From assembly GCA_002793885.1 (NCBI GenBank), contig PFEG01000041.1:1-35561 (forward strand): DNA of 35,561 nucleotides. Reading direction: 5' to 3'. The DNA is from Candidatus Saccharibacteria bacterium CG10_big_fil_rev_8_21_14_0_10_47_8 (GTDB lineage Bacteria > Patescibacteriota > Saccharimonadia > Saccharimonadales > UBA10212). The notes beneath the pieces were generated by a model. It did no database searches and was not told the origin of the DNA. It worked only from the letters and a program-made list of their open reading frames with translations. This document shows positions 15,642-25,489 of this stretch, one piece after another (within the stretch, counting starts at the first letter, position 1; each line of letters begins with the position of its first letter). Both the position numbers and the translations under genes were made by a program.

Positions 15642-17078
15642 ATGGGTCAAGCACTATATAGAAAGTACCGTTCGCGTTCACTTGATGAGGTGGTTGGGCA
15701 AGAGCACATCGTTAAGACTCTTAAAAATGCCCTAAAAAATAATAAAATCAGCCACGCTTACTTATTTACCGGCCCTAAGGGGGTCGGTAAAACCAGCGTG
15801 GCACGCATTTTGGCTCATGAAATAAACCAACTGCCGTATAGCGGCGATACAGTCAATCTCGATATCATTGAAATAGACGCCGCCAGCAACCGCCGGATAG
15901 ACGAAATCCGCGATTTACGCGAAAAGGTACACATCGCGCCAACCGCGGCTAAATACAAGGTCTATATCATCGATGAAGTGCACATGTTAACCAAAGAGGC
16001 CTTTAACGCCCTCCTAAAAACCCTCGAGGAGCCGCCGGCCCACTGTGTATTTATCCTAGCGACTACCGAGGCCCATAAGCTGCCCGAAACAATTATCAGC
16101 CGAACTCAACGATTTACCTTCAAGCCAATCAACAAAAAACAGACCGCTGACCACCTAGAAAAAATTTCTTTGAATGAGAACATCGATATCACCAGAGGCG
16201 CGTTGGAGCTGCTAGCCGAACATGGAGAAGGCAGTTTTCGTGACAGCATCAGCCTACTAGATCAGTTAAGTTCTTCACGGCAAAAAATTATCGAAGAGAC
16301 CGTCAGGGCAACCTTAGGCCTACCATCCGAAAATCTTATAAACGACCTGCTGGCGGCGATTAAAAACGGTGAGAATACTGTGCTAGTGAAGCTTCTGGAC
16401 AGCCTGCGAGACCAGGCCGTAGACCCGGTGGCCGTAAGCACCAATTTAAGTCGAAAAGTCCGCGGTTTGCTGCTTGACGAATCGGCTTCTAATATCGACA
16501 TTCAGCTGCTAAGAAACTTACTGGAAGTTAGCTCCAGCGCTCATCCACGGTCGAGTCTAGAAATCTGTCTTTTGGAAGCCTGCTTGGCATCTGCTAAAAC
16601 CGACGTAATCTCAAAAAATGTAGTGGCCAGTGTAGCGGCCAACACCGAGACTGAAATTGCCGTTAAAAAAGTTTTAGACGCTCCCGTAAATAATTCCAAA
16701 CCTCAACCGGAAGCGCCAAGTGGCGATTTTAAACTGGAAGATTGGCCCCACGTAATAGATAAGGTCAAAAGTGAGGCGACCTCCCTTTATACGGCTCTTC
16801 GTTTGGCCGTACCAAGCCTGTCGGACAACAAACTAACTTTAGCGTTCCAGTTTCCGTTGCACCAAAAAAAGGTAGCGACAAGCAAGGCCAAGGATTTAAT
16901 TGGGCGTCTAGTTGAGCAAGTATCCGGAGCTAAAATGTCAATTGAGTGCATAGTCGATAAATCCATCCAGCCTCAAGTCGAGGTTGTAGCCCCGGTACCA
17001 CTAAACGAAGCCGAACCGGATGAACACGCCCAGACCATTAGCAGTATTTTTGGCAGCACTGAGCTGTTAGAATCTTAA
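15642..17078 (+). CDS. dnaX: DNA polymerase III subunit gamma/tau
   Basis: Walker A GPKGVGKTS, DEVHML, the SRTQRF sensor motif and clamp-loader domain order. Confidence 0.9.
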   Translation: MGQALYRKYRSRSLDEVVGQEHIVKTLKNALKNNKISHAYLFTGPKGVGKTSVARILAHEINQLPYSGDTVNLDIIEIDAASNRRIDEIRDLREKVHIAPTAAKYKVYIIDEVHMLTKEAFNALLKTLEEPPAHCVFILATTEAHKLPETIISRTQRFTFKPINKKQTADHLEKISLNENIDITRGALELLAEHGEGSFRDSISLLDQLSSSRQKIIEETVRATLGLPSENLINDLLAAIKNGENTVLVKLLDSLRDQAVDPVAVSTNLSRKVRGLLLDESASNIDIQLLRNLLEVSSSAHPRSSLEICLLEACLASAKTDVISKNVVASVAANTETEIAVKKVLDAPVNNSKPQPEAPSGDFKLEDWPHVIDKVKSEATSLYTALRLAVPSLSDNKLTLAFQFPLHQKKVATSKAKDLIGRLVEQVSGAKMSIECIVDKSIQPQVEVVAPVPLNEAEPDEHAQTISSIFGSTELLES

Positions 17079-17098
17079 TGAGTTAATGACCAGACTGT

Positions 17099-18475
17099 AT
17101 GGATAAAGATAAATCAAAAACTATCCCTCCTCAAAACCTGGAAGCCGAGGCCAGCTTGCTGGGCAGTTTGTTAATTGATGGCGAAGCTTTGACCAAGATC
17201 GGTGATATGATCCAACCCGAGGACTTTTTTGAGCAGAAGCACAAAGTGATTTTTACCGCCATGCGGGCTCTTTATGATAAACGCAGCCCGATCGATCTGC
17301 TAACATTAAGTGAGCAGTTAAAAAGTAACGATCGGCTGGATGTAATCGGTGGTGCCGGCTACCTTACCGAGCTAACAAACTTTGTGCCAACCGCCGCGCA
17401 TGTCGAACAATACGCCCAAATAGTCGCCGACAAAGCTATCAGGCGTCGGCTGATAGCTGCCAGCCAGGATATAGCCGATGTTGGTTTTGATGAAAAAAAG
17501 AGCTTGCAGGAACTTATTGAGGAAGCTGAATCGCGGTTATTCGAAGTCAGCCAGCGCCATGTGCGGCAAGACATTACCAGCTTGGAGTCAATCCTGGGCG
17601 ACAGTTTTGACCGGATTGATGATCTGCACCGTCATAAAGGCGGGCTTCGCGGTATAGCAACCGGCCTAGCAGATATCGATAAGAAGCTGGCTGGTCTACA
17701 AAGGTCGGATCTGATCGTATTGGCCGGAAGGCCGTCAATGGGCAAGACGGCGTTGATGCTTAACATAGCCCTAAATATCGCCACCCAGTCCAAGGAAGGC
17801 GCCGTGCTGATATTTAGCCTGGAAATGAGCAAGGAACAGCTGGTAGATCGTTTGTTAGCCGCTGAGGCGGGTGTGGGAGCGTGGGCACTGCGCACCGGCG
17901 AAGGCTTGACCGACAAGGACTTTGAGCGGCTTAGCGCCGCCATGGGCCAGTTGGCCGAGGCGCCAATCTTCATTGATGACACATCAGGAATAACGGTCAG
18001 TGATTTGCGCACCAAAGCTCGCCGGCTGCATCATCAACACCCCCTGTCTGTAATAATGGTTGACTATTTGCAGCTAATGAGTGGCGGGTCACGCTATGCC
18101 ACGGTAGCTAACCGAGTGCAGGAAATTTCTGAAATCAGCCGCAGCTTAAAAATATTAGCCCGTGAGCTTAACGTACCAGTGGTAGCTCTAAGCCAGCTGA
18201 GTCGATCTGTCGAGAGCCGCTCACCGCAGATTCCCCAGCTATCAGACTTGCGTGAATCCGGCTCTATCGAACAAGATGCCGATGTAGTGGCCTTCATATA
18301 CCGTGAAGATTACTATAACCCCGATAGTAGCCGCCAAAATATCGCCGACATATTAATCAAAAAACATCGCAACGGCCCAACTTCGAATTTAGGTGAGGTA
18401 GAACTATATTTTGATAGACAACGCCAGCGTTTCCGCGATCTTGACACTAAACATGCTACGTCAACTGAAAACTAA
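17099..18475 (+). CDS. dnaB: Replicative DNA helicase DnaB
   Basis: PPQNLEAEASLLGSLL N-terminus, Walker A GRPSMGKT, and the IMVDYLQLM and SQLSR motifs. Confidence 0.95.
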   Translation: MDKDKSKTIPPQNLEAEASLLGSLLIDGEALTKIGDMIQPEDFFEQKHKVIFTAMRALYDKRSPIDLLTLSEQLKSNDRLDVIGGAGYLTELTNFVPTAAHVEQYAQIVADKAIRRRLIAASQDIADVGFDEKKSLQELIEEAESRLFEVSQRHVRQDITSLESILGDSFDRIDDLHRHKGGLRGIATGLADIDKKLAGLQRSDLIVLAGRPSMGKTALMLNIALNIATQSKEGAVLIFSLEMSKEQLVDRLLAAEAGVGAWALRTGEGLTDKDFERLSAAMGQLAEAPIFIDDTSGITVSDLRTKARRLHHQHPLSVIMVDYLQLMSGGSRYATVANRVQEISEISRSLKILARELNVPVVALSQLSRSVESRSPQIPQLSDLRESGSIEQDADVVAFIYREDYYNPDSSRQNIADILIKKHRNGPTSNLGEVELYFDRQRQRFRDLDTKHATSTEN

Positions 18476-18495
18476 TTTTTGCTATACTAATACTT

Positions 18496-19683
18496 ATGCT
18501 TAAAGTGGTCAGTCGGCGGTTATCGCGACAGGCTTTGAAAAACGCGCTGGCTGTGCTGGGTGTAGTGTTCGGTACATATCTACTTTATATATGGCGGCTC
18601 GGGTCGCTAACGACCGGCCTTAGCCCTACTGAGTCTACGGCCCGACAGCTTAGTAGCAACCTTAGCTACATCTCGGACAACCCGATTAATGCCCCTCTGC
18701 GTTTGGTACAGTATTTAGCACAAAGCCTTGGTCACCACGGCGCATTTTATATGCGGTTTGCTTCGGTGTTCTTTATGGTGTTGTTTGTGGGCTGTCTTTA
18801 CCTGCTGCTAAAAACTTGGTTCGGGCGATTAGTTGGATTACTTGGCACGTTGCTGCTAGTAGGAACACCCTGGTTCATACTAATAGCCAGGAGCGCTAAC
18901 GCCACCGTTATGCTGCTGGCCCCTTTGGCTGTAATAGCTTCGTTTTTGTGGCTCACGAGCTCCAAAAAACAATCTAAGCTGGCCTGGCTAGCCCTGGTCT
19001 GCATAAGTGCCATCAGTTTATATATACCCGGCTTGGTCTGGTTTATTCTTGTAGCCGGCTGGATGCGCCGGCGTGAGTTGCTGGGCAGCCTAAAGTTTCA
19101 TGGGCTAGTCATAGTGTCCTTAAGCGCTTTGCTAGCCATTGCGATTATTGTTCCGCTGATATTAGCCATGGTCAACGATCTGTCAGTCGCCCGGCAACTG
19201 CTGTTACTGCCTGAGCACTGGCAGGGGCTAATTGGCAACTTAAAATCTACAGCCTGGTCTCTACTGGCACTGTTTTGGCGCACCCCTTACCACATAGACC
19301 TGATAATCGGCAGATTACCCCTGCTGAACATCACGCAGCTAGCCCTGGCAGTGTTCGGCTGTTATGCAATGTGGGCTAACGCACGGAAGGAAACATACAA
19401 TCTGCTGGCGATCCTAGCCGCCAGTATAATCTTCAGTGGCCTAAACGCTAATTTGGAGTTACTGACTTTAGCAGTCTTAGTAGTTTGCATATTTGCAGTT
19501 GCTGGCCTCCGTTATCTTTACGTAGAGTGGCGCGGCGTCTTCCCGCGCAACCCACTGCCAAAAGTACTAGCCCTTAGCCTGATGGCGCTGGTAGTCGGCA
19601 TACATCTGATGTTGGGGGTACGTTATGCTTTAGTGGCCTGGCCGCACACTCCATCCACGCATAGCCTGTACGTGATAAAATAA
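18496..19683 (+). CDS. Polytopic membrane protein (possible GT-C-type glycosyltransferase; function uncertain)
   Basis: 395-aa ORF with about 10 hydrophobic segments. The resemblance to ArnT/PMT-like proteins is only general. Confidence 0.5.
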   Translation: MLKVVSRRLSRQALKNALAVLGVVFGTYLLYIWRLGSLTTGLSPTESTARQLSSNLSYISDNPINAPLRLVQYLAQSLGHHGAFYMRFASVFFMVLFVGCLYLLLKTWFGRLVGLLGTLLLVGTPWFILIARSANATVMLLAPLAVIASFLWLTSSKKQSKLAWLALVCISAISLYIPGLVWFILVAGWMRRRELLGSLKFHGLVIVSLSALLAIAIIVPLILAMVNDLSVARQLLLLPEHWQGLIGNLKSTAWSLLALFWRTPYHIDLIIGRLPLLNITQLALAVFGCYAMWANARKETYNLLAILAASIIFSGLNANLELLTLAVLVVCIFAVAGLRYLYVEWRGVFPRNPLPKVLALSLMALVVGIHLMLGVRYALVAWPHTPSTHSLYVIK

Positions 19684-19713
19684 GGTCAGTAATTAGAGGA
19701 GTTAAAGTCAACG

Positions 19714-20007
19714 ATGAGTAAATTCGACCAGGCCAAGCTACTGATGAAGGCCAGAAAACTACAAAAAGAGCTGCAGAAGGAAATCATAACTACCGAAGCG
19801 GGTGACGGGGCAGTCAAGGTAGACATCACCGGAGAACAAAAAATTAAAAAGATACACATCGACCCCGAAGCAGTTGACCTAGATGATATCGGACAGCTTG
19901 AAATGTGGATCGAGGAAGCTGTAAAGGACGCTGTTAGTCAAAGTCAGAAACTGGCCGCCGAAAAGATGCAGCCGATGATGGGAGCATTAGGCAACCTGGG
20001 ATTATAA
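19714..20007 (+). CDS. ybaB: Nucleoid-associated protein YbaB/EbfC
   Basis: 97 aa; LMKARKLQKELQK...VKVDITGEQKIKKIHIDPEAV...LEMWIEEAVKDA is a typical YbaB layout. Upstream of recR, which is conserved synteny. Confidence 0.85.
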   Translation: MSKFDQAKLLMKARKLQKELQKEIITTEAGDGAVKVDITGEQKIKKIHIDPEAVDLDDIGQLEMWIEEAVKDAVSQSQKLAAEKMQPMMGALGNLGL

Positions 20008-20014
20008 CCACGGG

Positions 20015-20150
20015 TTGCAATTATCAATGTTCAATTCCCAATTATTAATCAATGATCAATTGCCAATGAATAATGTAGCTTCAGGTCATGTTTGTGAATT
20101 GTTAAATGTAAATTCAATGGAAATTGTAAATTGTGAAATAAAAATTGAGC
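20015..20150. repeat. AT-rich reiterated-word intergenic element B (ybaB-recR spacer)
   Basis: CAATTG/ATCAATG words occur in the 5' half and a C-poor 3' half follows. AAATTGTAAA lies at 20121-20130 and TGTAAATT at 20107-20114 and 20125-20132. The same words occur in element A. Confidence 0.4.
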
Positions 20151-20170
20151 CGACGCCAGGTGGCCCTTAA

Positions 20171-20782
20171 ATGAGTTTAAGTGCCATTCCACGATCGCTA
20201 GCTGCAGTTATTGAAGCCTTTGGCCAGCTGCCAGGCGTTGGACCACGCACTGCTGAACGTTATGCATATTATCTGTTGCGGGCCGATAAACTAAAGTCAA
20301 CCAGATTAGCGGAAGAGCTCGATAGGCTGCATGCCCAAGTAACTTATTGCCCCAGAACATTCGCGCTCATGGAAGTCGGCCAAAAAGTCAGCTCGCTTTA
20401 CAGCGACCCCAAACGCAACAAAAAAATGGTCGCCGTAGTGGCCGACCCTTTCGATATAATTGCGCTCGAGAAAACCAATGGTTTTTTGGGCACGTATCAC
20501 GTTTTAGGCGGCCTGGTCTCGCCAATAGACGGCATTGGACCTGAACAGCTGCACATTAAGGAGTTAGTTAAGCGAATTGACGAAGACAGAGTGGAAGAGG
20601 TGATCCTAGCCACAAACGCCAGTGTAGAAGGGGAAAGTACGGCGCTTTTGATTACACAGCAGTTGGGTGATAAAGCGGTTAAGATCACCAGGCTGGCCAG
20701 GGGCCTACCTATCGGTATCGATCTGGAATACGCCGACCAAATCACTCTGACACACGCCCTAGAAGGCCGCCAGATCTTCTAG
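20171..20782 (+). CDS. recR: Recombination protein RecR (zinc-finger cysteines largely absent)
   Basis: HhH region LPGVGPRTAERYAYYLL and Toprim region (VAVVADPFDIIALEKT, EVILATNASVEGESTA). The usual CxxC...CxxC segment reads YCPRTFALMEVGQKVSSLYSDPKR. Confidence 0.85.
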   Translation: MSLSAIPRSLAAVIEAFGQLPGVGPRTAERYAYYLLRADKLKSTRLAEELDRLHAQVTYCPRTFALMEVGQKVSSLYSDPKRNKKMVAVVADPFDIIALEKTNGFLGTYHVLGGLVSPIDGIGPEQLHIKELVKRIDEDRVEEVILATNASVEGESTALLITQQLGDKAVKITRLARGLPIGIDLEYADQITLTHALEGRQIF

Positions 20783-20827
20783 GGCTTAGAGCATCTTTGC
20801 CCCACCGGTGTTACAATAGATGCCATA

Positions 20828-21844
20828 ATGACTACATACAAAGAGGCTCAGGAAATACAAAGCATTATATCCGAAGCTAAAACCATAGCTATTATTCAGG
20901 CCGATAACCCTGATGTTGACAGCCTAGCCAGCTCCTTAGCACTAGAGCAAATTTTGCATGATCTAGGCAAAGACCCAATCATGTACTGCGGTGTTGATTT
21001 GCCATCATACATGCGCTATCTGCCCGGCTCTGACCGTGTTAATAAGGAAATGCCCCATAAGTTTGACGCCAGTGTGATAGTCGATACCAGTAGTGATAGC
21101 TTGCTGGAACAGCTAGACGTTTCCGGAGCTAAAGCTTGGCTGGCCGCTAAGCCAACCATCGTCATAGACCATCATGCCACCAAACCAACGATTAGTTTCG
21201 CCAACGTTATCTGCAACCACAGTGCGGTGTCTACCAGTGAAGTCATTTACGAGCTAAGTCGGCAGCTCGGTTGGGAGATTAACTTGGATGCGAAAAAACT
21301 CATCACTATGGCGATACTAAGTGACAGCCTGGGGCTAACTACCGAAGCAACATCGGCCCGCAGCATCCATATAGTCGCCGAATTAGTTGAGGGCGGTGTA
21401 AGCCTGCCAGAAATAGAAAACGCCCGCCGGGAAACAATGCGGCGCGACCCGGTATTAATACATTATAAGGGACGCTTACTAGAGCGCGTTGAGTTTCACG
21501 ATAGCAACCGCATAGCCACTTTAACTATCCCATGGGAAGAAATCGAAAAGTATAGCCCGCTATACAACCCGCCAATGCTGGTAATCGACGATATGCGGCT
21601 GGCCAAAGATACTAAGGTTGCCATTTGTTTTAAACTTTATCCAAACGGTAAAATAACAACAAAAATACGCTGCAACTGGGGCAGTGATATAGCCAACAAG
21701 CTGGCCGAGCATTTCGGCGGCGGCGGCCACCCGTACGCGGCGGGCTTTAAAATTCAAGATGGCCGTGATTTTAATACTCTCAAAAACGAGTGCATAAAAG
21801 TAGCCGCCGAGCTGCTTGATAATCTACAGGCTAAATCAACATGA
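20828..21844 (+). CDS. DHH-family phosphoesterase (NrnA-like oligoribonuclease/pAp phosphatase)
   Basis: DHH-family motifs DNPDVDSLAS, VIDHHAT and the DHHA1 motif GGGGHPYAAGF. Confidence 0.8.
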   Translation: MTTYKEAQEIQSIISEAKTIAIIQADNPDVDSLASSLALEQILHDLGKDPIMYCGVDLPSYMRYLPGSDRVNKEMPHKFDASVIVDTSSDSLLEQLDVSGAKAWLAAKPTIVIDHHATKPTISFANVICNHSAVSTSEVIYELSRQLGWEINLDAKKLITMAILSDSLGLTTEATSARSIHIVAELVEGGVSLPEIENARRETMRRDPVLIHYKGRLLERVEFHDSNRIATLTIPWEEIEKYSPLYNPPMLVIDDMRLAKDTKVAICFKLYPNGKITTKIRCNWGSDIANKLAEHFGGGGHPYAAGFKIQDGRDFNTLKNECIKVAAELLDNLQAKST

Positions 21845-23244
21845 AACTCTATAACACCCTAACTCGCAAAATTGAGGACCTAAAACCACTTAATCCTCCC
21901 GAAATTACGGTCTATACCTGTGGACCGACGGTTTACGATTATGCCCACATTGGGCACTGGTTTAATTATGTACGGATGGACATCCTTATTAGAGCGCTTA
22001 GTGTGGCTGGCTTTAGGCCTAAATGGGTTATGAACATTACTGATGTAGGACATTTAACCAGTGACGCCGACGAGGGCGAGGATAAGCTCGAGAAGGGCGC
22101 CCGGCGAGAAGGCAAAACCGCCTGGGAGGTTGCCGAATTTTATACCAAAGATTTTCTAGATGGTATGAAGCAACTCAACATTTTAGATCCTGACTATTTA
22201 GTTAAAGCCACCGACCACATTAACGATCAAATTACCCTGATACAAAAACTTGAAGCCAAGGGATACGCCTACGTTATCGATGACGGTGTTTACTACGACA
22301 CCAGTAAATTTACCGGCTACGCTAACTTTGCCAGACTTGATCTCGATGACCAGCAAGCCGGAGCCCGCGTATCGCTTAATCCCCAAAAACGTAATCCAAC
22401 CGACTTCGCGCTCTGGAAATTCTCGCCAAGGGATCACCGGCGAGAAATGGAATGGGAGAGCCCGTGGGGCAAGGGCTTTCCCGGTTGGCACATTGAGTGC
22501 TCAGCCATGTCAATGAAGTATTTGGGTGAGACTATTGATATTCATACCGGAGGTATTGACCACATTCCAATTCATCACACTAATGAAATCGCCCAGAGCG
22601 AAGCGGCTACTGGAAAACGATTCGCGAACTACTGGATGCATTCTAACCACGTGACGGTAAGTGGTGAAAAAATCTCCAAGTCGCTTGGTAACGGCATCAG
22701 ACTTGAAGATATAGTGAAAAGGGGCATTTCGCCCGAGGTTGTGCGCCTTCATGTACTGGAATCACATTACCGCAGCCAATCGAAGTTCAGCTGGCAGAGT
22801 CTTGAAGCCGCGCAAAATCGGCTTAAGGACCTGCAGGCCATGGCCGATCTTAGGTGGCAGTTAACTGACTCCGCCAAGCATAAACATACCGTAAACTTTA
22901 AACAACACATCTCCGCTTTGGATAGTGAACTAACCAGCGACCTCAACACTCCTCAAATACTAACCAGTCTAAGCGCTGTTTCGCACCTGCTAATGACCAA
23001 CCCAGTAACAAAAGATCAAAAAGCAGAATTTGAAGAATTTTTAGAACACATTGATGAGTCACTGGGCTTAAAACTTTTAGGTTCTCAAAACATCAGTCCC
23101 GAGCAAAAACAACTAATTGCAGAACGAGAGAAAGCACGTGCTGCTAGCGATTGGCTAACGTCCGATAAACTCCGCGATCAACTAAAAAAGCAAAATATAG
23201 AACTGCGCGATACTGAGTACGGTCCGATTTGGAATCGCAGCTAA
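21841..23244 (+). CDS. cysS: Cysteinyl-tRNA synthetase
   Basis: HIGH (YAHIGH), the WHIECS zinc/cysteine-site motif and KMSKS-type KISKSLGN. ATGA overlap with the upstream gene. Confidence 0.95.
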   Translation: MKLYNTLTRKIEDLKPLNPPEITVYTCGPTVYDYAHIGHWFNYVRMDILIRALSVAGFRPKWVMNITDVGHLTSDADEGEDKLEKGARREGKTAWEVAEFYTKDFLDGMKQLNILDPDYLVKATDHINDQITLIQKLEAKGYAYVIDDGVYYDTSKFTGYANFARLDLDDQQAGARVSLNPQKRNPTDFALWKFSPRDHRREMEWESPWGKGFPGWHIECSAMSMKYLGETIDIHTGGIDHIPIHHTNEIAQSEAATGKRFANYWMHSNHVTVSGEKISKSLGNGIRLEDIVKRGISPEVVRLHVLESHYRSQSKFSWQSLEAAQNRLKDLQAMADLRWQLTDSAKHKHTVNFKQHISALDSELTSDLNTPQILTSLSAVSHLLMTNPVTKDQKAEFEEFLEHIDESLGLKLLGSQNISPEQKQLIAEREKARAASDWLTSDKLRDQLKKQNIELRDTEYGPIWNRS

Positions 23245-23247
23245 GGC

Positions 23248-24333
23248 CTAGGCTTCTTCTTCCGGTTTGTGGTGTTGGCGGCGCTCAAAATGATCTTCTA
23301 CCAAAATTTTAACGGCGCTAGCCGCCGGAATAGCCACTACGGCTCCTAAAATTCCCCCCAGCGATACACCAATGATAGCCGCGATAAACACCAACAAAGG
23401 TGTTAGCTCATTAAGGCGTGACTGTAAATAGGGCTGAAAGGTGTGGTTCTCTATGAAAAAGTAAATTATAAAATAGATGGCCATGACAGCCGCTAAGGTT
23501 ACCGAATTAAGAAGACTGACAAGCACGACGAGAATCGCGGCAATTGGGTTGCCAAACAACGGGATGATTCCAAAAACAGCGACGATTCCAGCTAACGCCG
23601 CCGCATTGGTTGAAACATTCATAACCTGTCCTGCGATTTCTAGGGTTATGAATGCGAATGCGCCAGCTACCGCCGCTAAAATTACCTGACCGTTAACAAA
23701 GCCACTGACCGATTTATACATTCTGTTGGCCAGCCTTCGGTGGTGTTGTCGTTTCCTTTCGGGCAACGAACCAAAATAAAGTTCAAACCATTTAGGGCCC
23801 TCAACCAGCATCATGAAAGTCATGACTAAAACTGCAAAAACCGAAACGACCGCTTCGGCAACCCGTTTGCCTGTATCCAGAATTGTGCCTCCGAAGTCGC
23901 TGTAGTTAGACGCAAAGGACTTGGCGCCTTCACTGAGCCGCTTATCGAGATGATACTTTTCAACAGCCCGCGCCAAACTGCTATCCTGGCTTTGAAAGTT
24001 GGCAACAGTTTGAGGGACTTCTTTAATAAATATTTGAGTTTGCCGGATCAGCGGAGGGATAACCAACGCAAAAAACACAGCCAGAAAAACCACGACCATC
24101 AAATAAGAAACGGCTGTTGCTTTGGCACGACTCTCTATCTTTAGCCTTCGCCTGACCCAACTGACAACTGGATTCAACGCTAAAGCCAGAAAAAATGCTG
24201 CGAATATCAAGGTGAGGATATGACTAATCTGTCCTATAAGTTTAAATAAGACAATTGCGGCTGCCACCCAAAGAATGGTCCTTACTATTGTTCGGTTAGT
24301 AATGTTAACCGTCACTTTGTTAGATGGTTCCAT
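23248..24333 (-). CDS. AI-2E (PerM/YhhT) family transporter
   Basis: 361 aa with about 8 TM segments and an overall layout typical of the AI-2E family. Convergent with cysS across a 3-nt gap. Confidence 0.7.
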   Translation of the reverse strand: MEPSNKVTVNITNRTIVRTILWVAAAIVLFKLIGQISHILTLIFAAFFLALALNPVVSWVRRRLKIESRAKATAVSYLMVVVFLAVFFALVIPPLIRQTQIFIKEVPQTVANFQSQDSSLARAVEKYHLDKRLSEGAKSFASNYSDFGGTILDTGKRVAEAVVSVFAVLVMTFMMLVEGPKWFELYFGSLPERKRQHHRRLANRMYKSVSGFVNGQVILAAVAGAFAFITLEIAGQVMNVSTNAAALAGIVAVFGIIPLFGNPIAAILVVLVSLLNSVTLAAVMAIYFIIYFFIENHTFQPYLQSRLNELTPLLVFIAAIIGVSLGGILGAVVAIPAASAVKILVEDHFERRQHHKPEEEA

Positions 24334-24337
24334 CGCG

Positions 24338-25489
24338 TTAATTATGCCCGGTATTTATCCGCTTGGCAATAATGACGTTATATTCAGCAATCAGTTGCTT
24401 GCCGACTACAGCCACATCATAACGCTTGACACGCTCAACTTGCCAGCCGTGTAGCTTGGATATCAACGTGTCATCAGATAAAAGCTGTTTCAGCTTTGTC
24501 GCAAATTCCTCGGTATTTTTTGGGTCTACCAGCAATTCCGGTTTGTTATCCAGCACACTGCAATAGCCAGGGTTGTTACCACCTAGCACGATGGCGGCTC
24601 CGGCCGCCATAGCCTCAATTAAAACGATTCCGAAGCTTTCGCCGTAAAGAGATGGGAAACAAGCGATGTTGGCGCCATTCAAAAGCCCCGGCTTATCCCG
24701 TTCGTCTATAAAACCTAGAAAGCTAACTTTTGACCCTAGGTTATGGCTTGTCACAAAACTCTCTAACTTGTTTCGCAAGGGTCCATCACCGGCAATAATT
24801 AACTCTGCGTCCAGATCAGCCTTAGCGTACGCTCTTAGAAGCTCAACGGCACCCTTGCGTTTGACTAATCGGCCAAGAAATACTATTTTCTTGGTATTTT
24901 TGGGTTCTTTAGTTGTTTTGGCAGCTTCAAAACGATTGATATCAACTACATTCGGCAATATTTCTGTATCTAAACCAAACGCCGACTTGGCAAACTCAGC
25001 GGCCGGCGGACTAACGCTGTAGATTTTGTCAAACCTGGCAAGACCACTTCCATACATTAGTCTAAGCAGCCTGGAGCCCCAGCTGGTTAGCCAGCCTGAC
25101 GGCAGGATATGAAAAGTGCCAACAATAGCCGTGTTTGGGCCAGCGGCATTTATAACTCTCTGGGACATCAGCGGTGAATGCGGTACCTGTACGTGAAGTA
25201 CATCAAAGCCCTCAGTTTCCAACACTTGTTTTATCCTAGAACGTTTAGCCGGCAAGGGAATAGACAGCCGATTACCATTAAAAATTATCCTCTGGTTTCG
25301 CGCTAGACTGTAAATTTTTCCGCCATACCACTCGCTTGCCCTGGTTTCGCCCACCAGATACCTAACTTCGTGACCTTGGCCGCCCAACCAGCTGCCCAAG
25401 GCCTTGACGTACTGGGCGACCCCATCACTACTGTCTAGGCTATCGTCAAAAACAAAGCCGATCTTAAGAGGACTTTTGGCTTTTGGCAT
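24338..25489 (-). CDS. Glycosyltransferase family 4 (GT-B fold)
   Basis: N-terminal KIGFVFDDSLDSSDGVAQYV and the C-terminal E-x7-E region (GESFGIVLIEAMAAG). Confidence 0.8.
   Translation of the reverse strand: MPKAKSPLKIGFVFDDSLDSSDGVAQYVKALGSWLGGQGHEVRYLVGETRASEWYGGKIYSLARNQRIIFNGNRLSIPLPAKRSRIKQVLETEGFDVLHVQVPHSPLMSQRVINAAGPNTAIVGTFHILPSGWLTSWGSRLLRLMYGSGLARFDKIYSVSPPAAEFAKSAFGLDTEILPNVVDINRFEAAKTTKEPKNTKKIVFLGRLVKRKGAVELLRAYAKADLDAELIIAGDGPLRNKLESFVTSHNLGSKVSFLGFIDERDKPGLLNGANIACFPSLYGESFGIVLIEAMAAGAAIVLGGNNPGYCSVLDNKPELLVDPKNTEEFATKLKQLLSDDTLISKLHGWQVERVKRYDVAVVGKQLIAEYNVIIAKRINTGHN

Noticed and set aside
23242-23250. Convergent cysS and AI-2E transporter stop codons only 3 nt apart, with no terminator.
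   Set aside because: This is noted as tight packing consistent with a streamlined genome. No specific structure or function can be supported from the sequence.
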